Source: Promethearchaeota archaeon
GTDB taxonomy: Archaea; Asgardarchaeota; Hermodarchaeia; Hermodarchaeales; Hermodarchaeaceae
Direction of reading: 5' to 3'
Assembly (NCBI GenBank): GCA_048938295.1
Contig: JBHLMI010000019.1
Coordinates: forward strand, 17,330-49,329
Length of the DNA: 32,000 nt
The notes under the pieces are model-generated. The model made no database searches, had not been told where the DNA came from, and saw only the letters and a list, made by a program, of their open reading frames with translations. Each line of letters starts with the position of its first letter. The first letter of the stretch is position 1. Of this stretch, positions 8,549 to 15,884 are shown in pieces. The position numbers were made by a program, and so were the translations under genes.

Positions 8549-11442
8549 TAGGCTTTCACCTGTCCTTTGATCAGCACTACGTGATGCATAGTTTCTGGAA
8601 TTTCGAGTCCCACCGTGGAGGGGGCCATTAGAAGAAACTGAGGATGAATTAGTGAGTCTTCCTGGGTTAAATCGAGAGCGCGTTGAACTACACTGAGAAT
8701 AGCTGCTCGGCTTGCTTCATCGAGGCGTTGGGTAAATTCATCAATGACATGGAGGGGACTCTTGGCAAGAGTGTGGAGGGCTAAAATAAAAGTCTGGGTG
8801 GCTAGGACCCGTTCGCCTCCAGACATTTCTTGATAGGTCCGCCAGTCGCCTTTGCGGTTAATGGCAAGTTGAAGGTGCAGCTCCGCACGACTGGGTTCAT
8901 CGGGGAATCGAATAAGCAGTTTGACTTGCTTAAGGAAGTGGCTGAGTAATTGGTTCATGCGGTGGTTGAGGGTTTCAACCGTCTCTTGAAGCTGCCGTCT
9001 CCACTCGAGTAGTCTTCGATCAACGTCTGTCATCAGATTTTCTAAGTGGAGCTGACGTTGTTTTAGGTAGTCTTGGAGTTGGGAGACGACTTTTTCCTGG
9101 TCTTCAAAGGCTTGCCGATCTTCTGCTGTGGCGGTGATAGTATCAATCATCGCTTGGAGTTGGATTTGTTCATCACGAACGGCTGTAGGGTTTCGAACAG
9201 TCTGTGGACGTTCTCCCAGCGCAGTGGCAGCCTTGCGGAAGTCCTTAGTTTGTTTTATGAGATGCTCATATTCATCTTCGCGTTGCTTGAGTTCTGCAAC
9301 GAGGTGGTTGATTTCAACCTGACGACGGGATCGTCGGAGGTCAAGGTTTTGGAGTTGTTCGGATAACTTTTGCTGTCGCGAGTTCAGCGGTGATAAGTCT
9401 GAGCTACATTCTTGATAATCTTGGCTGAGTCTGTCGCATTCAGTTTCCAGTTCAAGAATCTGTTGTTGTAATTCGGCTACGCGGTGTTCAGAACCAGTGA
9501 CCAGGGCTGTTCTTTCCTCATCAGAAAGATGAGATGAGTGGACTTGCTGAAGGTCTTGGAGGGTTGCCCGTAATTGGCTTATTTCAGAATTGATATGCAT
9601 GCGGTCTCGCATTAAGCGAGCTTCTTGTTCCCGAAGTTCACGGAGTTGGATGCGTGTGTCAGCGCCGTCCTGAGCTAGCCCCAAATCTTTGAGTGATACA
9701 TTCAGACTGACCGTAACTGGTCGGGGTGGTCGTGCAAAGGCACCGATCCGGAGATAATGACTCGTTCCTTCGCTAGTGATAATGTTGCCATTGAGTTGCT
9801 GAGAGGCATCGACTAGCGTATTGGGGTCGGCTCCTTCCTCTGCGATGGCAGTGTTTACGACTCGACTTAGGAAACTAATGGCATAGATATCCCCTTCAAT
9901 GAGATCAGCAGCCCACCCAATGACAGGTGAAGAGACCGTGGGGCGATCTCGAGCTATCGCGGTGGTGGGGTTTGTTCGGGCGACCACCAAATCTGGTTTT
10001 TCATTTGGCCAGAGATGATCATAGAGGTTTTTAGCCTCAACGAAGACCTCTCGGTTCAGGGCAATGAATGCATAGGTGTAGCGGCCCAATGCCAGTTTGA
10101 CTGCGGTTTCGTACTGTGCATACTCTGGTTTCATACGAATAAGCGTAAAAAGGGGCCCAATCACTGCATCAGAGAGTGCTAGTTTATCAAGTTCAGACCG
10201 GTAACGAAGACAGGCCCGAAGTATCGTCTCTTCAAAATGTGGATACCGTTGGGGTTGAGTAAAGAGGTGCTCCTCCGTTATGGCAATATCTTGTCGGACC
10301 TGAACAAGTTGATCATCGATACCATCCCGATCCTGTATAATCGTCGCTAATTCTCTCTGAATGTCGTCAATTTTGCTTTTTGCGGGTTTCCGACGTTTGT
10401 TGTACCGTTCTGTTCGAGCTAGCATACCTTTGAGTTCGTTTTCTAGCCCTTGTCGATGACCTTGGGCTTGCATCCTTTCATCGCGTATCGAGTCCATGGT
10501 TGTAAGGAGCTTTTCCCGTTTTGCTTCAATCGCTTCGAAGTTCTCTTTCAGGTTGGCTTTCCTTTCGTCTAACTTAGCCATTTTCTCGTTTTGGTCGGTG
10601 AGTTGGGTTTCAAGGCTGGTAAGTTGCGATTGGAGTTGGCTAGCGAGTTCTTCACGATAAGTCACTTCAGCCCAGGCAGCTTCAACATCGAGATCCTTCT
10701 GCCTTTGTTGGAGTTGCTGTTTTTGCTGAAAAGCTTCATAAGCTGCCTTTAGAACCTGAAGGCGCTGTTCTTCGTGGCGGATTCGGTATTCGAGGGGTTT
10801 GACATTGGCTTTAGCCTGTAATACGAGGAGACGGGCTTCCTCGAGTTTTTCCATCCAGTTGCGGAGCCCAGTTTCGTTCAAGAGAGTCTCGAATTTCCGC
10901 CGTGGGGATTGGGAGGCAAAGTGGTCTAAAGTCTCAGCCTCAGTAACGGCTAGGGGAGAATCCCCAAAGAGTCCAGCCGCTTGAAAGAGTTTCCGAATGT
11001 CCTTCCGAGCAATTTGCTGGCCATTCAGTGAGCGTTTTCCATTCAACCAGTAGGATATCCGGTTCGTTTCATCGACTCGAAGTCGAATCGATACAACATC
11101 CGTATCAAGAAGCGTAGACATGGCAGGATCTGGGCTTCTTAAGACACGTCGACCGTTGAGTTGGTAGTTGTTAAGTTCTAGAATGACTTCAGCATATTTG
11201 TTGAAGCGACCGATGAAGGCCGAATTGCGTTGGCGTTGGGCTCTTCGAGATTCAACGCCAATGGCGAGTAACAGGGCGTCGAGAATCAGGGTTTTTCCGC
11301 TTCCGTTAGAACCTGTAATTAGTATGACAGGGGATTCATCGAGTTGGATTTTGGTGTCACGGTGAATGACAAAGTTCACTAGGCGGATGCTGCGAAACAC
11401 GACTGATGAAGTTGATAGGGACATCTCGTGCCTAGTGGTCAT
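8548..11442 (-). CDS. SMC-family ATPase of the Smc5/6-related type (964 aa)
   Basis: IRLVNFVIH; Walker A GSNGSGKT; long coiled coils flanking a hinge (VIGPLFTLIRMK...YETAVKLALG); signature MSGGER; Walker B/D-loop LHVIDEFTQRLD; terminal QFLLMAP with no His switch, as in Smc5/6 (QFILLTP/QYFFITP). Confidence 0.9.
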   Translation of the reverse strand: MTTRHEMSLSTSSVVFRSIRLVNFVIHRDTKIQLDESPVILITGSNGSGKTLILDALLLAIGVESRRAQRQRNSAFIGRFNKYAEVILELNNYQLNGRRVLRSPDPAMSTLLDTDVVSIRLRVDETNRISYWLNGKRSLNGQQIARKDIRKLFQAAGLFGDSPLAVTEAETLDHFASQSPRRKFETLLNETGLRNWMEKLEEARLLVLQAKANVKPLEYRIRHEEQRLQVLKAAYEAFQQKQQLQQRQKDLDVEAAWAEVTYREELASQLQSQLTSLETQLTDQNEKMAKLDERKANLKENFEAIEAKREKLLTTMDSIRDERMQAQGHRQGLENELKGMLARTERYNKRRKPAKSKIDDIQRELATIIQDRDGIDDQLVQVRQDIAITEEHLFTQPQRYPHFEETILRACLRYRSELDKLALSDAVIGPLFTLIRMKPEYAQYETAVKLALGRYTYAFIALNREVFVEAKNLYDHLWPNEKPDLVVARTNPTTAIARDRPTVSSPVIGWAADLIEGDIYAISFLSRVVNTAIAEEGADPNTLVDASQQLNGNIITSEGTSHYLRIGAFARPPRPVTVSLNVSLKDLGLAQDGADTRIQLRELREQEARLMRDRMHINSEISQLRATLQDLQQVHSSHLSDEERTALVTGSEHRVAELQQQILELETECDRLSQDYQECSSDLSPLNSRQQKLSEQLQNLDLRRSRRQVEINHLVAELKQREDEYEHLIKQTKDFRKAATALGERPQTVRNPTAVRDEQIQLQAMIDTITATAEDRQAFEDQEKVVSQLQDYLKQRQLHLENLMTDVDRRLLEWRRQLQETVETLNHRMNQLLSHFLKQVKLLIRFPDEPSRAELHLQLAINRKGDWRTYQEMSGGERVLATQTFILALHTLAKSPLHVIDEFTQRLDEASRAAILSVVQRALDLTQEDSLIHPQFLLMAPSTVGLEIPETMHHVVLIKGQVKA

Positions 11443-11684
11443 TCTCTCGAGTGCACTCCCGCGGATTATCCTGAGCAGTTGGCATATTCAATATTGCCCA
11501 AGTACAGTAAGTCACAATAATTCGTCACTCTTAAACTTTCACTCCAACCAAAGACGAAGCGCCATTGCTCTGTGATTTTGAGCCGACCTATTCTCTTTCA
11601 TGATTAAAGAAGGACGAGCATGCGTCTAAGATTCGAGTAAAGTTAAAGTGCGTGCTGTGACCTTCCCCTTGTAGGTGAATAGTA
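11443..11684. promoter_or_regulatory. Divergent promoter region between the SMC operon and the Ubl operon
   Basis: 242-bp non-coding gap. TATA-like GTTAAAG at about 11642-11648 and SD GGTGA at 11674-11678 precede the TTG at 11685. On the minus strand, TTTAAG at about 11530-11535 and GGGAG precede the SMC ATG. Confidence 0.5.
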
Positions 11685-12005
11685 TTGAGTAAAGATGAAG
11701 GATTTTGGCGCTCAATCATCGTCGATGTTGAACCCCGTCAAAAGGAATTCCGAATCGGCATTGATGAAGATACCCGTGTCGATGAAGTCATCCGCACTCT
11801 TGTCACCCAGGCCCGTGATGAGGGCGTCAGTATTGACGATTGGGCTAAAGCAAAAATCGGGGACCAGCGTGCAGAATTTGTGCTCATTCGTAAAGCCCCT
11901 GAACCCACCAGGTTAAGCCCAGGTGTAACCTTCGGAGAGCTGGAACCAAAAATCACAGATGATGAGTTCTTCCTCCTCGATGTTGTCCCTGAAGTCGGAC
12001 AATAG
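11685..12005 (+). CDS. Ubiquitin-like (beta-grasp) protein, C-terminus ...VPEVG-Q
   Basis: beta-beta-alpha start (SIIVDVE..KEFRIGIDEDTRVDEVIRTL), later RLSPGVTFGEL..ITDDEFFLLDV matching the Ub/YukD pattern L....TL.D..I.D.D.L.L. First gene before the E2; E1 and JAB genes nearby. Confidence 0.75.
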   Translation: MSKDEGFWRSIIVDVEPRQKEFRIGIDEDTRVDEVIRTLVTQARDEGVSIDDWAKAKIGDQRAEFVLIRKAPEPTRLSPGVTFGELEPKITDDEFFLLDVVPEVGQ

Positions 12006-12056
12006 CAAAAAAGTCTTCACACCTCTGGACGAAAACAGGAACTAAAGGAGATAATC

Positions 12057-12800
12057 ATGATCCGACCAGTATTTTCTACCGAGCTGTTTAACGCCAGAGT
12101 GGAAACCCAGATTCAGACATTCTTTGATACCATGAACAATCTCTTTGGACGACGAGGATGGGATCCAGATCCTCCGCACCGCGAAGATACCGTCTGGAGC
12201 AATCGCGATTTCACCGTTGCTATCATCGATCGATACCGTGATGGGGCGTTTAAACGGATTCGCTTCACTATGCGTTATCTTCCCGGGTTCGTTCGTAAAC
12301 CCAGAAATCTAGAGGATACAAACGCTATACGTTATGAGCATCGGTTTGTCTTTGATTTACCCCGAGAGTATCCTCAGAACATCGGCACTATTCGACCTAT
12401 AGCCGAAACACCTCTGTATCACCCCAGACTAGCGGCTAGTGGAACTGGACATGCCTGCTACTCGGTTCGTGGGGAATTAGATCGTATCCTCGAAGATCTC
12501 CCCTTTTTTGTATTGCTAAAACCAGATCGAGTAGAACCACCATCTCAGTTTCAATCTGACCACGGTCTAAATATGGCCGCTATGGCGTGGTATGAGCAAG
12601 ATACAGATAGAATCGTTGAAACCTTAGATCAGCTCTGGGAAGCCCAGCACAAAGATGGTCCAGCTGCGCCTTCACGACAGGGACGGGTGCGTATTCTTGA
12701 AACCTCATCGACTAGCGGGCATTCAGGTCGAAGGTCACCCCGCGTTTTAGATGAACCAAGTAGACATACATCGGTTCGGATTCTAGATGATGAGAGTTAG
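12057..12800 (+). CDS. E2 ubiquitin-conjugating (UBC-fold) enzyme with a disordered C-terminal tail
   Basis: FVFDLPREYPQ...ETPLYHPRLAASGTGHAC (catalytic Cys134 candidate; HPN changed to HPR), then the DHGLNMAAMAWYEQD helix equivalent to D.PLN.EAA.LY; SD GGAG at 12047-12050. Confidence 0.8.
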   Translation: MIRPVFSTELFNARVETQIQTFFDTMNNLFGRRGWDPDPPHREDTVWSNRDFTVAIIDRYRDGAFKRIRFTMRYLPGFVRKPRNLEDTNAIRYEHRFVFDLPREYPQNIGTIRPIAETPLYHPRLAASGTGHACYSVRGELDRILEDLPFFVLLKPDRVEPPSQFQSDHGLNMAAMAWYEQDTDRIVETLDQLWEAQHKDGPAAPSRQGRVRILETSSTSGHSGRRSPRVLDEPSRHTSVRILDDES

Positions 12801-12814
12801 ATGAGGTACCAACC

Positions 12815-13033
12815 ATGCCGGATTCACCTTTAAAGGAGAATGACACCCCCGACGAGCATGAGGAAGAGCTTGACAAATCATCGAAGGAACCTGAGAGGAA
12901 ATCGCGGATTCAGATTCTCCGAGAGAGAGACATTCCCTTTGAAGAAGAACGTCCTCCCAACTTCTCACCCTACTATTCCATTATAATTCATGGCAAAAAG
13001 AAACGATCTGAGCTAAAGGAGCGAGAGTCATGA
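12815..13033 (+). CDS. Small acidic, probably disordered protein (72 aa)
   Basis: GAGGT site upstream; stop overlaps the next start (ATGA); carries an RIQILRE motif like those in its neighbours. Confidence 0.55.
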   Translation: MPDSPLKENDTPDEHEEELDKSSKEPERKSRIQILRERDIPFEEERPPNFSPYYSIIIHGKKKRSELKERES

Positions 13034-13425
13034 GTGTGCATGGTGCATCCCAAATGCGGTGTGCGGCCTGTGCCACTCAAGTTTCACTTGAAAATGCACG
13101 GAGCCAATGGTGGATTTGCACAGTCTGTGGCAGCTATGTCTGTCCTTCGTGTCGTGCCCTCTTCTTAGAATCAGGGCAAGACACCTGCCCCGGAGCAATT
13201 GTCCGTGGCAGTGAAGCCCACTCTCCCCACTTTACTCGGTTTTTGGGCCCTCGACTGGAATCGGAAAGTCAACCTGCTGAGACACGAAGGCCTGTGAGAA
13301 TATTAGGTGATGTCTCCAGACACTCACCTCAACCACCGGGTGGAAAAGTAGTTATTCTGTCAGATGAAGAGGGAATCGAATCCAGCTCTGAAGCCGACCA
13401 AGTAGGTCGAGATAATGACGAGTAA
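13030..13425 (+). CDS. RING-like zinc-finger protein (putative E3) with a disordered acidic tail
   Basis: C11-x2-C-x15-C-x2-C-x4-C-x2-C-x11-CP-x9-H64; tail contains PVRILGD and KVVILSDEEG; overlaps both neighbouring genes. Confidence 0.75.
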   Translation: MSVHGASQMRCAACATQVSLENARSQWWICTVCGSYVCPSCRALFLESGQDTCPGAIVRGSEAHSPHFTRFLGPRLESESQPAETRRPVRILGDVSRHSPQPPGGKVVILSDEEGIESSSEADQVGRDNDE

Positions 13426-15016
13426 CCTCCCCCTGTCTTTAAAAATCATCGCCCCTACGAGGCAAGATGGTGTTCCTAGAGTTAAAGCCGGTCAACGCAT
13501 TTCTATTCAGTTGCAACGAAAAGGTCAAGCAAAATCGAATATTAAGGTTGACAATGGGGTCGTATACATCAATGATCCCTTCGGGCGCATGGTGAGTAAG
13601 GTCCCTTTTCATTTTGGCAAAACTAATACAGGTGAATTTAGCGTGCCACTGACGGCAAACCTGCTGTCTGGATTCTATACAATTCTCGTTGCTTTGCAGG
13701 AAACCCGCATCAAGCTCGCCGTCGATAAGTATCCCTATCGGGGACCTCCCAACGATCATTATGTCATGGGATGCTTTCTCTTAGAAGGAGGACATCCACC
13801 CATTGTAGTACACAGGGTCAATTATTCGGCGACCGTGAAGAACATTACACGTGCTCGAATCAGCGATGTTCGAGTCATAATCGCTGCTCCACCCTCGCTA
13901 CCTCCTCGACAAACGGTTCTAGATATTAGGTTCTCTCCGAAGGATGGACAACAACAGAATGATACCATCGGAAACCAATGGATTCGATTTCGTCAAGGAA
14001 GCCTTGCTGTGGGAGAATCCTTTACTTGTGGGTACACCGCGCTCATTCGGAATCGCGCACTCCGGTATAATATTCCGCCAGAAACTCACAACTCAACGTT
14101 ACCAGCTAATATCGTCAAGTTCACCCAACCAGAGAATTTCATCGAATCACACCACCACCTCATCAAAGATCTTGCTCGTGATATTGCAAAAAATCATTCA
14201 ACACCAATACAATTTGTACAAGCAGCGATGAGGGTAATTACAAAGAAGATGCGGTATGTTCGTCAAGAGTATGAAAGAGGAGCAGCCTACGCTATCGAAA
14301 AAGGGGTTGGTGATTGCACTGAATATGCCGCTCTATTTGCTGCGTTGTGTCGTGCGAACAAAATCCCAGCCCGATTGGAGGCAGGCTATGCCTTTGATGG
14401 ACAGTCCTGGGAACGCCATGCTTGGAGTGAAATTTGGATTCGGGGCCAATGGATCCCGGTTGATCCAACCTGGCATGGGGCTATGGGATTATTGGGAGTG
14501 ACAAACCGACATATTCCTCTTATCATTGGAAACTGGATGGATACTCGCATCCGCCAAGAATTCAAAGTCAGCTGGTACTCTGATACTGTTGCTCTTGATG
14601 GAAAAAAGGGTGAGCGTTCTGAGCCCAAGATTGAGACGGGGTGGAAGGTGAAACGGGTGGTGGGTGTCCCTGAATCAATTCCTACTCGGTTGAGAGAAGC
14701 CCCCGCAGAATTAGAGGTTAACGTCCCTGATGCTGTCCCACGTGGGAGTACATTGCCCTTGAAGGTCTCATTGATCCCAAAACCGAGTCGTGCCCATCCA
14801 CTAGACCAAATGGTGATGACGGCAACCGTTTCAGATGGCCTCATGGACCAAGTAGTGGCTATTGAACCCTTTGCACCTCGATTAGATTCCCCAGTGAATA
14901 TACGGATGAACCTCCCCATGCCAAATGGGGCCCCTAAAATCACTCTAAATCTCCGCTTATGGGCTGACCAGAAACCCACCGCAACGGTCTGGCAGAAGAC
15001 CATCGGCTTACTTTAA
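13415..15016 (+). CDS. Transglutaminase-like (Cys-His-Asp) protein with Ig/MG2-like flanking domains
   Basis: GDCTEYAALFAALCRA..IPAR (Cys), HAWSEIW (His) and VDPTW (Asp). The N-terminal VYINDPFG...GEFSVPL....SGFYTI resembles a macroglobulin MG2 domain. No obvious signal peptide. Confidence 0.85.
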   Translation: MTSNLPLSLKIIAPTRQDGVPRVKAGQRISIQLQRKGQAKSNIKVDNGVVYINDPFGRMVSKVPFHFGKTNTGEFSVPLTANLLSGFYTILVALQETRIKLAVDKYPYRGPPNDHYVMGCFLLEGGHPPIVVHRVNYSATVKNITRARISDVRVIIAAPPSLPPRQTVLDIRFSPKDGQQQNDTIGNQWIRFRQGSLAVGESFTCGYTALIRNRALRYNIPPETHNSTLPANIVKFTQPENFIESHHHLIKDLARDIAKNHSTPIQFVQAAMRVITKKMRYVRQEYERGAAYAIEKGVGDCTEYAALFAALCRANKIPARLEAGYAFDGQSWERHAWSEIWIRGQWIPVDPTWHGAMGLLGVTNRHIPLIIGNWMDTRIRQEFKVSWYSDTVALDGKKGERSEPKIETGWKVKRVVGVPESIPTRLREAPAELEVNVPDAVPRGSTLPLKVSLIPKPSRAHPLDQMVMTATVSDGLMDQVVAIEPFAPRLDSPVNIRMNLPMPNGAPKITLNLRLWADQKPTATVWQKTIGLL

Positions 15017-15020
15017 CGGG

Positions 15021-15884
15021 TTAGGTATGTTTCCGCTTATCACGACAGAATATTTCTGTACACCGTGGATTTGCCATAATTGGTCCTGTCATGGATTTAT
15101 GCTTGTGTAAGTCGTATTGGATGAACCGACCAAGGGCTGGTTCGAGTCCCTCCTGCCATTGCCCCGTTTGTCGCCATTGCTGTAAACCAGCAAGCATCTT
15201 TGTGGCTTCCCACGACATCACTGCCCCCACAATGGAGGTCACGAAACTAATCATGGGAAAGCGTGGCATGGTGTCAACGAAGAAGGGATCACATCGGGTG
15301 CGTACTTCGTTGGCGATGACATGATCGACGAAGTCTTTACTCCACGAACACACTAAGCACGCTGTCTTAGGTGGCACGAGGACTTCAACAGACACGAAGT
15401 CCTTTCCCATAGCCCCATTTATCACAGGCAAGGGTGACTCTAAGCTGAGATTCTTGGCATTCAATAGATAACGGGCATAATGGTTGTCAACACCGATCAA
15501 CACCAAGTCAACATCCCACACTTTGTCTGGAGCCGCCTGTACCGGTACAGCATGCGGTTCAACCACTGTATCGGTTGCGAGTTCCGGGAGCCGTTCAGCT
15601 ACTGCATCAACTTTGAACTTTTCATCGTGGTCTCCTGGACGAAAGAAGACACAGCGGTTCAAATTGGAGGCTGCTATTTTATCAGGATCCACTAAAACGA
15701 TTTTTCCAACTCCTAACAAGCCCAGGTTCTTACAGACCTCATTTCCGACTGCCCCTGCTCCCACCATCAGCACCGTTGACTGACGAACGGTCTCAAGATT
15801 GGTAGCCCCCAACCAGCGTCGTGTGCGATCATGCTGATCCTTCTCAAAATACTCTAAATCAATCGGTGTGGGTTTCTTCGTCAT
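15021..15884 (-). CDS. E1-like Ubl-activating enzyme (ThiF/MoeB/E1 family)
   Basis: VLMVGAGAVGNEVCKNL, DPDKIAASNLNR, KVD, GVDN..AR, Zn sites CLVC (176/179) and CTEIFC (275/280), catalytic Cys candidate at 198 (VRTRCD). Confidence 0.9.
   Translation of the reverse strand: MTKKPTPIDLEYFEKDQHDRTRRWLGATNLETVRQSTVLMVGAGAVGNEVCKNLGLLGVGKIVLVDPDKIAASNLNRCVFFRPGDHDEKFKVDAVAERLPELATDTVVEPHAVPVQAAPDKVWDVDLVLIGVDNHYARYLLNAKNLSLESPLPVINGAMGKDFVSVEVLVPPKTACLVCSWSKDFVDHVIANEVRTRCDPFFVDTMPRFPMISFVTSIVGAVMSWEATKMLAGLQQWRQTGQWQEGLEPALGRFIQYDLHKHKSMTGPIMANPRCTEIFCRDKRKHT

Noticed and set aside
7113-11442. Wadjet (JetABCD)/MksBEF defence system
   Set aside because: No Toprim JetD nuclease is nearby, the gene order and sizes differ, the SMC motifs are closer to Smc5/6, and there are no mobility genes. 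An anti-plasmid role is not excluded, but the Wadjet label is unsupported.
8548-11442. Rad50/SbcC call
   Set aside because: No CxxC zinc hook at the apex, a globular hinge-like segment is present instead, and there is no adjacent Mre11/SbcD.
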